Shown piece by piece: positions 52,229 through 61,370 of a stretch of 64,000 bases of DNA (position 1 is its first letter; each line of letters opens with the position of its first letter). The DNA comes from Candidatus Woesearchaeota archaeon. GTDB lineage: Archaea > Nanobdellota > Nanobdellia > Woesearchaeales > GW2011-AR15. The notes beneath the pieces were generated by a model. It made no database searches and was not told where the DNA came from. It worked only from the letters and a program-made list of their open reading frames with translations. The stretch covers positions 12,158 through 76,157 of the forward strand of contig JAFGJW010000007.1 of the NCBI GenBank assembly GCA_016928835.1. Direction: 5' to 3'. The position numbers were made by a program, and so were the translations under genes.

Positions 52229-52341
52229 TTTATCAGTAAGCTAAATCCCCAAAACCATAATGGAGATTAATTTCTTTAATATAAAATTTATTGTTGATTT
52301 TCAATAACCTTTTTAAAATCCCTTTTTTTTCTTTTATTCCA

Positions 52342-53490
52342 ATGGCAAAAAAAGACTATTATGAAATTCTAGGCGTTAGTAGAGATGCTTCCAAAGATGA
52401 GATTAAAAAAGCCTACAAAAAACTGGCATTGAAGTATCACCCTGACAGGCACATGGACACTGACAAGAAGAAAGAGGCTGAAGAAAAGTTTAAAGAAATA
52501 AACGAGGCTGCTTCTGTGCTGGGAGATGATGAGAAAAGAGCACAATATGATCGCTTTGGCACTGCACAGCCAATGGATTTCTCTGGTTTTGATTTCAGCG
52601 ACTTTGGATTCAGGGATTTTGGAGGTGATTTTGATTTTGGTGATATATTTGATATGTTTTTTGGTGGAGGAAGTTTTGGATTTTCTTCCAGAGGAGCAAA
52701 AAGAGCATACCGAGGCTCTAATCTAAGGTTTGATATTTCTTTAAGTCTTGAGGAGGTTGCAGCAGGAGTGGAAAAGACAATCATGCTCCCACAGCTCATC
52801 CAATGCCCTGCATGTAATGGAAAAGGAGCAAAAGATAGTGATGATATTGTAACCTGCGACATATGCAGAGGAACCGGAAGACAGACCACTACCAAGAGGA
52901 CTGTGTTCGGCGTTTTCCAAACAACAACCACCTGTGGAAAATGTAATGGTCAAGGCAAGATAATAGAAAAACCATGCAGCAAATGCAATGGAGAAGGTAT
53001 TGTTAAACAAAGTTCTAAAATAAAGATTAAGATTCCAGCAGGTGTTGAAGAGGGCACACATCTAAGACTTTCTGGCAAAGGTGACGCAGGAATAAGAGGA
53101 GGGCCTCCAGGAGATTTGTATGTTGTGGTACAAATAAAAGAACATGAAATTTTTAGGAGAGAAGCAGCAGACATCTATCTCGAAACACCGATTTCATTTG
53201 TCCAGGCTTCACTGGGCACAACAATAGAAATACCTACATTAGAAGGCAAGGCTAAGCTAAAAATACCTCCAGGCACGCAGACAAATACCATATTTCGATT
53301 AAAGGATAAAGGCGTCCCCTACCTTAATAGGGGCGGCAGAGGGGATGAGAACGTTAGGGTGATAGTTAAGGTGCCTGACAGATTATCTAAAAAACAGAAA
53401 GAGATATTAGAGCAGTTTGCAGAGGCAAGCGGCGAAGACTCTGAACCAAGTGAAAGCTTTTTTAAGAAGATATTTGGCAAGTCGTGGTAA
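52342..53490 (+). CDS. dnaJ: Chaperone DnaJ
   Basis: [14 protein letters not shown]-rich region and four CxxCxGxG repeats. Confidence 0.97.
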   Translation: MAKKDYYEILGVSRDASKDEIKKAYKKLALKYHPDRHMDTDKKKEAEEKFKEINEAASVLGDDEKRAQYDRFGTAQPMDFSGFDFSDFGFRDFGGDFDFGDIFDMFFGGGSFGFSSRGAKRAYRGSNLRFDISLSLEEVAAGVEKTIMLPQLIQCPACNGKGAKDSDDIVTCDICRGTGRQTTTKRTVFGVFQTTTTCGKCNGQGKIIEKPCSKCNGEGIVKQSSKIKIKIPAGVEEGTHLRLSGKGDAGIRGGPPGDLYVVVQIKEHEIFRREAADIYLETPISFVQASLGTTIEIPTLEGKAKLKIPPGTQTNTIFRLKDKGVPYLNRGGRGDENVRVIVKVPDRLSKKQKEILEQFAEASGEDSEPSESFFKKIFGKSW

Positions 53491-53501
53491 TTCTAAAAGA
53501 A

Positions 53502-53773
53502 TGTGGGGAGGAGGATTTTCACAAACGCCATCCAAGACCAGGGGGCTAAGCAAACGCAGTTTGCGCACGCCGCCTTTCTGGTGTGAACTGACAGATGGCA
53601 GTTCTTTTGAACCCCCGCAGGCATTTCTCCTGAATGAAACTTGATTTCACTTCAGTCTAAGCCAATAGGTGTCTTTCATTCATAGCGTGAAGCTCATCAC
53701 ACCTACGAAGCGACCTAAGCTTGGACATTTACTCCAGAAAATCTATCCCGTTTGGCCACTCCGGCATCCCCAC
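53502..53773 (-). tRNA. tRNA-Leu(TAG) with four introns: 30/31 (53721-53742), 37/38 (53671-53713), variable arm (53624-53656), 59/60 (53516-53605)
   Basis: Joined exons give 84 nt: GTGGGGATGCCGGAGTGGCCAAACGGGATAG|GCTTAGG|ACCTATTGGCTTAG|TGCCTGCGGGGGTTCAAA|TCCTCCTCCCCACA, with perfect acceptor and anticodon stems. Confidence 0.85.
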
Positions 53774-54428
53774 ATTTGAATCGGGAGTTAATTCTCTTGA
53801 GTTTCTCTTTATTTTGTAACGGGAAACTATTTAAAAAGTTATCTATCTCTTTCCGTCTTAAGCGTATTCCATAAAACTCCCGACCATATTTTTTATTAAA
53901 CCAGATTTCAGTTCCATGTGAAACATCCAACTCATTAAGCAAACTGCTAAGGCCAATCTGTAGCTGCTTACTTGCTGTCGTAAAACCTAATGAGTTACCT
54001 CTAAAACCACCATCTGTATCAAAATAACCTGCAATAAAATATCTCTTAATTTTTGATGAGTTATGTCTGATTAAAGAGGGGATAATAACAGCCGAACTCT
54101 TTGATCCTTCAGGGACTTCCATAGTTTTATTTAGGAAATTATACAACGCTTTATTTCTTATATAAATTCTCAATCGAGGTGTTCTATCCCCCTTTTGAAT
54201 TATACTTTTTGGTTTGGTCCTTGTTTTAATAATTGTCTTTATTATTTTATAGATATATAATAAAAATTTTTTATCACTAAGATCTATACTTATTCTATAA
54301 TCCTTTGACAAATCGGTCTTATGTGATTTTGGAGAATTTGACAAATTGCCATCTCCAATAATTACACCAGTTAAATAAGCAGTTTTGACATTAAGATAGA
54401 TTTTTTGAGCTTTTTTTTGATTATTCAT
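53715..54428 (-). CDS. Free-standing double-motif LAGLIDADG homing endonuclease
   Basis: AYLTGVIIGDG and YFIAGYFDTDG motifs; no intein splice motifs; the 3' end runs into tRNA-Leu. Confidence 0.88.
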   Translation of the reverse strand: MNNQKKAQKIYLNVKTAYLTGVIIGDGNLSNSPKSHKTDLSKDYRISIDLSDKKFLLYIYKIIKTIIKTRTKPKSIIQKGDRTPRLRIYIRNKALYNFLNKTMEVPEGSKSSAVIIPSLIRHNSSKIKRYFIAGYFDTDGGFRGNSLGFTTASKQLQIGLSSLLNELDVSHGTEIWFNKKYGREFYGIRLRRKEIDNFLNSFPLQNKEKLKRINSRFKCGDAGVAKRDRFSGVNVQA

Positions 54429-54653
54429 TCAAATCACAGCGGGATGATGTAGTCCAAACTATGTAAATAATTTTAATTTAAATATTTCGCGCGCACAAAT
54501 GTCCAGTGAGATGAAGTCGAGCTAGACTAGGAGATTGAATATTTCCAAGGCCCAGTACCGAAAATTATAATTAATAGTTGAAAAAATTGTAAATATGATT
54601 TGAATTTAATTAATAATTACAGGAAAAAACCAAAATTTTTAATCTCACACTTC

Positions 54654-54720
54654 TTTGGCCACTCCGGACAAACGAAGTTCGTAGGAGCACGAACTCCGGT
54701 TAGTTCTCCGGCATCCCCAC
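54654..54720 (-). pseudogene. Displaced 5' segment (nt 1-23) of tRNA-Leu with a 44-nt D-loop intron (54662-54705)
   Basis: GTGGGGATGCCGGAG[intron]TGGCCAAA is identical to 53773-53751 once spliced; TATA-like TTTAAAA about 30 nt upstream. Confidence 0.8.
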
Positions 54721-54778
54721 AAACAGTAGTGGAAGAACTCAATCTGTTTTAAATAATTTATTATTTGCCAGTATCACT

Positions 54779-55363
54779 TCACAAGCTCATAATCCTGACA
54801 AAAAATTCTCCAAGATTAATAAAAAGGATAATATTAAAAAACAGCACCACCATTGGCTCAATATATCTCTTATGGGGCAGCAAATTAAGCATGCTGGCGA
54901 TAAAGAATTCTAGAATCGCAAACAAAAAAGAAAAGAGTATGCCTACTACCACAATACTATAGTTACTAAAAAATAATGAGAGGTAACCAAGAAAGATTAT
55001 GGGAATGATGGATATCATGTCTGACACTTCAAATCCTCCAGTTAATAATTCTGCAAGATTTCCTGCAACGAGACAAAAAATCAATGAAGTCTTGAATCCA
55101 TAAGCTCTCACGATGAGAATACTAACAAAAAATAGCAAGTCAATATGCACAGGAAATCTGAATCTATGCAAAAAGTAATCCACAAGCATGATAAGTGCCC
55201 CAAGAAAAAGGAGTATAAATATGTCCTTAAATTTTAATAAAAAAATTATCAAGCCAGAAGCAATTATTACATATTTTATTGGTGTGTTAAGGAATTGTCT
55301 AATTGGCCTGAAAAATGCAGGCTCTCTTTTGCCTCTTTTACGTCTAAAATTATCCATAAACAA
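54779..55363 (-). CDS. Hypothetical membrane protein
   Basis: Multiple TM segments. Confidence 0.65.
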   Translation of the reverse strand: MFMDNFRRKRGKREPAFFRPIRQFLNTPIKYVIIASGLIIFLLKFKDIFILLFLGALIMLVDYFLHRFRFPVHIDLLFFVSILIVRAYGFKTSLIFCLVAGNLAELLTGGFEVSDMISIIPIIFLGYLSLFFSNYSIVVVGILFSFLFAILEFFIASMLNLLPHKRYIEPMVVLFFNIILFINLGEFFVRIMSL

Positions 55364-55428
55364 AGTAAGAAATGATTAGTTAATAATAACTTTATGCCCA
55401 ATCAGCTATATTTCTCTATATACTATTT

Positions 55429-56004
55429 TTATACAGGCAACCAAAGACCTCTTCTTAACCTAAACAAGCTGTCCATATCTCTAAGAATTCTTACCAGCTC
55501 TTCAGGCCTATTGTTTGTATAGACATATACTTCGCTATCTTCTCTATCAAAAGTCTCCATCCGCTCCCATCTTGAATCCACTTCACCAACCACATCGTTT
55601 ATCCTTCTTTTTCTATAATTTCTTTTTCTTAATATATCCTTCTCGACATCAAGACAAATCAAATACTTCTCTGCTACACAACCACCAGTATCAAGCAGCC
55701 ATTCCCTCATCTCATTTGTCTCAGCACAGGAATCAACCACAACATCAAGTCCTTTGCCAAGATTCGATAACTTCATTGAGTGCAGCAACCATAACATGTC
55801 ATTTTCAAGTCTTTCATAATCAGGTCTCTTGCTATAATCACTAAAGTCTAGAACCCCGTAAAGTTCATAACGCAACTGATCCGTACTCACCCATCTAAAT
55901 CCTAATCTGGCAAGATGACTGGCAACTTCAGATTTCCCTGAGCAAGGATATCCACACATCACCACTAGCCGCGGCAGTTCATCATAATTTCTGTGCACAT
56001 ACAT
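55429..56004 (-). CDS. P-loop kinase (AAA_33 family)
   Basis: GYPCSGKS, STDQLR and VVVD motifs. Confidence 0.8.
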   Translation of the reverse strand: MYVHRNYDELPRLVVMCGYPCSGKSEVASHLARLGFRWVSTDQLRYELYGVLDFSDYSKRPDYERLENDMLWLLHSMKLSNLGKGLDVVVDSCAETNEMREWLLDTGGCVAEKYLICLDVEKDILRKRNYRKRRINDVVGEVDSRWERMETFDREDSEVYVYTNNRPEELVRILRDMDSLFRLRRGLWLPV

Positions 56005-56081
56005 ACGGCTCTGTAGAGATTAGTTATATAAAAGCATTTTTAACAAAATTTATATACTCCCATTATTCAAAGTATCTTACA

Positions 56082-56267
56082 ATGGATAAACAAGAATGGG
56101 AAGCAGAAAGAGACAGAGCATGGAAAAAGATTGAGGACCTGAGAAAAGAGTTTGAAAACAACCACGGAGATGAAGATGCTCTCCATCGGGCAATAGCAGA
56201 TGCGCTGAGCAAGGGATACATTTTAAAAACGCAATTTGGCCTAGTTAAAGCAGAGTACAGAGAATAG
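56082..56267 (+). CDS. Small hypothetical protein
   Basis: 61-aa ORF after a TTTATATA box. Confidence 0.5.
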   Translation: MDKQEWEAERDRAWKKIEDLRKEFENNHGDEDALHRAIADALSKGYILKTQFGLVKAEYRE

Positions 56268-56316
56268 ATAAAATTTAAATATACAACAATTTCTCCTCTG
56301 AATTGGGTGATACAAG

Positions 56317-57123
56317 ATGATAATATTCCCTATTGTATTTTTATTTGTTACAGGAATGATAGTAGCTGGCCTGGTTGTATTAAGCTCTATTAAACAGGCA
56401 AATGAATGGGAGCGTATCCCTATACTAAGGTTGGGAAGATATGTTGGAATGCGGGGCCCGGGTTTATTTTGGAAATGGCCAATTATTGAGCAGATACCAT
56501 TTAGGATTGATTTGAGAATAAAGGTTAGGGAGATTAGAACAGAGGAAAGAACTTTAACCAAGGACAATGTTCCGGTGAATGTAGGCAGCATATTATACGT
56601 ACAGCCGGTAAAACAACATTTAGAAAAATTAATACTTAATATTGATGATTATGAGAACGCAACCATTCTAGCTACACAGACAACACTCAGAGAGACAATC
56701 GGAAAACACACTCTCCAAGAATTGCTTTCAGACAGAGAAAAGGTCGCTGAAGAATTGCAGAAGATTATAGATGAAAAAACAGAGGCATGGGGTGTGAAGG
56801 TTCATTCAGTTGAAATCAGAGAAGTGGAGATTCCATCACAACTACAGGATGCGATTGCGCGAGTAGCTGAAGCAGAAAGGGAGAGGCAATCTAGAGTCAC
56901 TTTAGCACAGGCAGAGGTAGAAGCTGCAGGGAAAATGCTTGAAGCTGCATCAAATTATGACAAATCTCCAAGGGCAATGGAACTTAGATGGATGAACCAA
57001 ATCCATGATATTGGCTTGCATGGAGTCGGCACAGTAATACTCGTACCAACAGATATGCCAATGGCTGGTGTCGGCGGTGTCCTTGGCCTGGAGAAACTAA
57101 GGCCAAAGAGAAAAAGAGAATAG
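56317..57123 (+). CDS. SPFH/stomatin (slipin) family protein
   Basis: RLGR..GPGL, TKDNV, AQTTLR-like and WGVKV..VE motifs. Confidence 0.9.
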   Translation: MIIFPIVFLFVTGMIVAGLVVLSSIKQANEWERIPILRLGRYVGMRGPGLFWKWPIIEQIPFRIDLRIKVREIRTEERTLTKDNVPVNVGSILYVQPVKQHLEKLILNIDDYENATILATQTTLRETIGKHTLQELLSDREKVAEELQKIIDEKTEAWGVKVHSVEIREVEIPSQLQDAIARVAEAERERQSRVTLAQAEVEAAGKMLEAASNYDKSPRAMELRWMNQIHDIGLHGVGTVILVPTDMPMAGVGGVLGLEKLRPKRKRE

Positions 57124-57248
57124 GCATTATTTATATAGAATAGTACTTAGCTACCTAATTTCTCTGCAAAGTAATTTATCCTGTTATTCTGCGAATAGAA
57201 AAATAGTTTTATATAGTTTGAGAGATTTACATTAGCTGGTGGTAAAAC

Positions 57249-58235
57249 ATGGATCCTCAAATTGATAAATCTGATATGGGCAAAGTTCTGGCAGAGTTTC
57301 CTGAAATGATAAGGGATGCCATGGAGCTCGCAAGAGATATTAACATTGAGGATGATATTGAGAACATATTTATCTGCGGCATGGGAGGCAGCGCTTTCTC
57401 AGGTGATTTACTAAAGTGTTACTTACAGAATTTCAAAATACCTGTCTTTATCAACAAGAATTATTCCTTGCCGAAATATGTTAATAGCAAAACACTGTTA
57501 TTTGCAGTCTCATATTCAGGCAATACAGAAGAGACAATCTCCCAATATAGGGAGGGAATCAGAAGAAAGGCAAAGATTGTCTCTATATCCTCAGGGGGCA
57601 AGCTCAAAGAACTGGCCGCAATGAACAAGAACCCCCACGTCCTGGTCCCTAAGGGCATCCAGCCCAGGCTGTCAACACCATTTTTATTTGTTCCTATGCT
57701 AACGGTCTTGCAGAATATCAAATTGATTCCTAATCAGAAAAAGCTGCTGCTGGATTCCATTGACGCGTTAGAAAATCCAATTATCAAGGACAGGGCCCAG
57801 GAGTTAGCATCAAAAATCAAAAACAAGATTCCGATCATTTACTCCTCAGACAGAATCTATTGTATTGCAGAAAAATGGAAATGCGATATTAATGAAAATG
57901 CAAAAACACCTGCTTTCTACAATCTGTTCCCAGAATTTAACCACAACGAAATAAACGGATATGTCAATCTGGTTGGAACTTATTTTGCTATTCTTATCAG
58001 GGACTTAGACGACCATGAGAGGGTCAAGAAAAGAATCGGCATAATCAAAAAACTAATACTCTCCAAAGGTGTTGAGGTTACAGAGATAGCAATTACTGGA
58101 AACAGTTATTTAATTAGACTATTATCAGGCATATATATGGGTCTATGGGTTTCCTATCACCTTGCTCTTGAGTACAATGTAGATCCTACCCCTGTCGAGA
58201 TAATAGAGGACTTAAAAAAGGAGTTAGCGAGGTAA
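57249..58235 (+). CDS. Bifunctional phosphoglucose/phosphomannose isomerase
   Basis: GMGGSA, SYSGNTEET, QPR, INENAK and PEFNHNE motifs. Confidence 0.92.
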   Translation: MDPQIDKSDMGKVLAEFPEMIRDAMELARDINIEDDIENIFICGMGGSAFSGDLLKCYLQNFKIPVFINKNYSLPKYVNSKTLLFAVSYSGNTEETISQYREGIRRKAKIVSISSGGKLKELAAMNKNPHVLVPKGIQPRLSTPFLFVPMLTVLQNIKLIPNQKKLLLDSIDALENPIIKDRAQELASKIKNKIPIIYSSDRIYCIAEKWKCDINENAKTPAFYNLFPEFNHNEINGYVNLVGTYFAILIRDLDDHERVKKRIGIIKKLILSKGVEVTEIAITGNSYLIRLLSGIYMGLWVSYHLALEYNVDPTPVEIIEDLKKELAR

Positions 58236-58305
58236 AACGTAAGATTTAAATATATGAATAATAATCAAAATACTAGCCAGTTACTATTTTTTCGTGGAGG
58301 TTAAA

Positions 58306-58701
58306 ATGAAAAAATTTTTTGACAAAGTAAAAGACAGGATTAAAAAATTCAGTTTTGATGATGAGATTTCTAATGGTCACGGTGAATATTTGGAGCTTGA
58401 TACTACAAGACAGCATGACAAGGCTTCAAAAGTGGTTGTGAGACCGTTTGTTATTGAGGATTTTTCTGATATCAAAGCCATACTTGATTCTATGAGAGGA
58501 GGGTACACAGTGGGGCTAGTAAACATTCGTCCTCTTAAGGATAAGGACTTAGTGGAACTCAAGAGAGCAATTAACAAGCTAAAAAAGACCTGCGAAGCTG
58601 TTGATGGAGATATTGCGGGATTCGGCGATGATTATTTGGTCATTGTACCCAGTTTTGCAGAGATTTACAGAGAAAAAGCCAAGGAAGAACCTGAAGAATA
58701 G
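58306..58701 (+). CDS. sepF: Cell division protein SepF (archaeal)
   Basis: ELKRAINKLKK and GDIAG..YLVIVP motifs. Confidence 0.85.
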   Translation: MKKFFDKVKDRIKKFSFDDEISNGHGEYLELDTTRQHDKASKVVVRPFVIEDFSDIKAILDSMRGGYTVGLVNIRPLKDKDLVELKRAINKLKKTCEAVDGDIAGFGDDYLVIVPSFAEIYREKAKEEPEE

Positions 58702-58766
58702 ACATTAGTTACTCTAATTATATTTATCAAAACATTAATATACTAATTTTCAAACTAATAAGTGTC

Positions 58767-59159
58767 ATGGACATTAACAAAATTCAGAAACTTAACAAAT
58801 TAGCTGTTGACTTAAAAAAGCATAATATTGTTGATTCTAAGGAAGAAGCCATTAAACAAGCTGAAAATGTTGTTGGAGCCAAGCATGATGACTTTAGTAC
58901 AAAAGAACCTGACAGAATGCGTGAAATTGAGAAGGAAATTCGAAAGATTGGGTTTGAAGTAAGAGAGCAACAGCAAAAAATCTCTGACATAGTAAAAACA
59001 CTGAATGAAGTCTTAGAACAACTTCATAATTCAAAGCTAAATATTAGACCAAAAGAAAAGATTTCAGCTAAAAAAGATCCCACAAAGCCCATAGACAGAA
59101 ATAAAGTGGCTCCTTCTGAGGTCTCTATTGAGAAATATTTTTATTTTGGGAAGAAATAG
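58767..59159 (+). CDS. Hypothetical coiled-coil protein
   Basis: C-terminal VSIEKYFYFG. Confidence 0.6.
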   Translation: MDINKIQKLNKLAVDLKKHNIVDSKEEAIKQAENVVGAKHDDFSTKEPDRMREIEKEIRKIGFEVREQQQKISDIVKTLNEVLEQLHNSKLNIRPKEKISAKKDPTKPIDRNKVAPSEVSIEKYFYFGKK

Positions 59160-59364
59160 ATCCCTTATACTTTTTCACAAGATCCTGCCATTCTATCACT
59201 CTTTCCTCGGCCTTTAAAGCTGTTCTAATAAGTACCGCATTCCTTTCCTCAAGCTCATCAATGCGTTTATCCTTTCTCTCTAATTCCTTATAGAGGGTTT
59301 CAATAATTATTTTAGGAGATTTCCTGCCTATCTTAGATGGAGAATGCTTTTTGCCTTTTTCCAT
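59125..59364 (-). CDS. Small coiled-coil hypothetical protein
   Basis: 79-aa ORF with a heptad pattern. Confidence 0.5.
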   Translation of the reverse strand: MEKGKKHSPSKIGRKSPKIIIETLYKELERKDKRIDELEERNAVLIRTALKAEERVIEWQDLVKKYKGSISSQNKNISQ

Positions 59365-59407
59365 TATTTGTATTAATAATAATCAAGGAAATATAAGCTT
59401 TTCTGGC

Positions 59408-59902
59408 CTAATCAACTGTAGTCGTAAAATCATCGCCAACAATATGAAAAATTCTTTTGCCTTGATTAAGCAAGGCGCTAGCTGCGACTTTTCCAATAAA
59501 CAGAACATGATCCCCTGTGTCAATCTCATCAACCACTTCGCACTCAATATAAGCCAGTGCCTCTTTTATTCTTGCGCAGTCAATTTTATCGCAATCTTTC
59601 TTTGTCAACCCTGCCTCTGTAAATTTATCCATATGCCTGCCAGTATGCCTACCGCAGAATAGAACCTCTTTCTGAAAATCAATTGACATAAAATTAACAG
59701 CAAAACACTTACTTCTGCTAATTAATTCACAAGAGAATCTAGTTTTTCCAGCAGAAATGCCGTACATTAAAGGCTTGAATGAAAGGGGGATATGCCAGTC
59801 CAAGGCAATAATATTATCTTTGATTTCGTCCTTGCCAAAGTTGTTATATTTTGCCCTGCATGTTACAAGTACTGTCTGCCTTGGGTTAACAGTATTGAGC
59901 AT
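59408..59902 (-). CDS. Flavin reductase family protein
   Basis: PLSFKP, CGRHTGRHMDKF and IECEV..TGDHVLFIG motifs. Confidence 0.88.
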   Translation of the reverse strand: MLNTVNPRQTVLVTCRAKYNNFGKDEIKDNIIALDWHIPLSFKPLMYGISAGKTRFSCELISRSKCFAVNFMSIDFQKEVLFCGRHTGRHMDKFTEAGLTKKDCDKIDCARIKEALAYIECEVVDEIDTGDHVLFIGKVAASALLNQGKRIFHIVGDDFTTTVD

Positions 59903-60678
59903 TATTCTTCTTTCTCCTTCCTGACCTTGAACTTTCTATCCTGAATCATGAACAAACCCACAAAGAACAATATCAGGTAGACAACAAGAGGAAGAATACC
60001 AAGATTGAACAATGGTTTTGACACCAGCTCAAGTAAAATCATCAGTGTACTAGTGTAAATTGCCAGCTTCAGTATATCAACAGATTTAACATTATATCTT
60101 TTTATTGTACTGTAACCTACACCAAGAAGTGTCACTATTAAGATCTCAACAAGGTACTTGAAGGAGAGGATGGTGAATAGGAACAGGAATGCAGAAGGCA
60201 CTAGTATGATTAAAATAAAAACAATAAATTTTTTCACCTTATCCTTGTACGTAACCAGGTCTTCATATTGCTCCAAAGAGATTGTTTCTATGCTATATAA
60301 CTTAAAATTCATAATATCTGGATCAAACTTTTTCCTATATAGATGCTCTTTTGTGATAATATAGTCTTCATCAGTCATATTGGCTTGGTTTTTGGTTAAG
60401 TCAAGGACTATTTTTGGATCATTGATAAGGAGAACAGGCTGTTTCTGAACCACATCAAAACTTACTTTAAATGAGTCAAACTGGGAATAGATCTTATCAA
60501 GTCTTTCAGTTATTGTATTGAACTTCATTAAAAAGATAAACCCCGAGAGCAACATAGATAATATCAATATGAAAAAGAGATAGTGGAACGCATCACCAAG
60601 TTTTTTTTTAGTAAGCTCTTTATACGAATCTGGATTAAATGATTTGATGATAACAATAAAAAATTCTTTAATTTTCAT
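59902..60678 (-). CDS. Membrane protein (DUF1189-like)
   Basis: N-terminal TM, soluble loop and three C-terminal TMs. Confidence 0.6.
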   Translation of the reverse strand: MKIKEFFIVIIKSFNPDSYKELTKKKLGDAFHYLFFILILSMLLSGFIFLMKFNTITERLDKIYSQFDSFKVSFDVVQKQPVLLINDPKIVLDLTKNQANMTDEDYIITKEHLYRKKFDPDIMNFKLYSIETISLEQYEDLVTYKDKVKKFIVFILIILVPSAFLFLFTILSFKYLVEILIVTLLGVGYSTIKRYNVKSVDILKLAIYTSTLMILLELVSKPLFNLGILPLVVYLILFFVGLFMIQDRKFKVRKEKEE

Positions 60679-60713
60679 AGCAATCACTAAACACAGAGAG
60701 TTTAAAAAGTTTT

Positions 60714-61187
60714 TTATATAATGAATACAAGGTCCTTTCTTTCTTCTATAATCTTTTTTATTTTAAAGTTATTCTCCAATAGCTCCCTTATTTCAAAATA
60801 ATTTTTTGAATTCTTTAACACAGAAAAAGCAAATTTATCTTTACCAACTCTTCTTATCTCTTCAATTGCTTTTTTGATATCCTCAAAATTATGCATTGCT
60901 GTTACACTGATAATAATGTCAAAGAAATTATCTGGGTAAGGGATTGACTCTGCTTCAGCAATTGTGATTTTGGCTTCACCGTTGTATTGTTTCACCAGTT
61001 CTTTGCTTGGATCTATACCATAGCAATTGCAGTTAAATAATCCAAAGCTTATACCAGTGCCACATCCGACATCAAGTAGTCTATCTGATTTTTTAATGTC
61101 AATATGGTTTTTGATTATTCTTAGTTTATTGAGTTGCTCTTCTTTGTGAAGTTCGTTGTATGATTTGGCGAGATTGTTGTAGTTCAT
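60714..61187 (-). CDS. Class I SAM-dependent methyltransferase
   Basis: LLDVGCGTG, GIDPS and AESIPYPDNFFD motifs. Confidence 0.88.
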   Translation of the reverse strand: MNYNNLAKSYNELHKEEQLNKLRIIKNHIDIKKSDRLLDVGCGTGISFGLFNCNCYGIDPSKELVKQYNGEAKITIAEAESIPYPDNFFDIIISVTAMHNFEDIKKAIEEIRRVGKDKFAFSVLKNSKNYFEIRELLENNFKIKKIIEERKDLVFII

Positions 61188-61221
61188 TTGTTTGTATTAA
61201 TTTACTTAAGTACAAAAATTA

Positions 61222-61297
61222 GAAGAGGGGACGCCCCTCTTCGACACCCCAACGCTTACTGAGAGGGGCTCCAAAGGGGAGAGTGTTCTACCCTTTG
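61222..61297. repeat. GC-rich triple-hairpin (REP-like) element, copy 2
   Basis: GAAGAGGGG-ACG-CCCCTCTTC; GACACCCC...GGGG; CAAAGGG...CCCTTTG. Confidence 0.6.
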
Positions 61298-61370
61298 TAA
61301 ATATTAAACTAACAATTTAAATAAGTATATTTTACAAACATTAAAATATTTCCTTTATTCTCTGCATTAC

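Noticed and set aside
53417-53644. 75-aa plus-strand ORF
   Set aside because: It overlaps the end of dnaJ and is antisense to the tRNA-Leu exons and introns, so it is a shadow ORF.
53671-53713. Box C/D guide RNA in the 37/38 intron (GTGATGA present)
   Set aside because: There is no CTGA box D, the intron is too short, and the motif lies within a simple hairpin.
53715-53717. Amber suppressor or pyrrolysine tRNA
   Set aside because: Anticodon TAG decodes CUA (Leu), whereas a suppressor would have CTA. The body has Leu features (A73, long variable arm).
54654-54720. Trans-spliced split tRNA half
   Set aside because: There is no long complementary leader or trailer, and the downstream gene already has these nucleotides.
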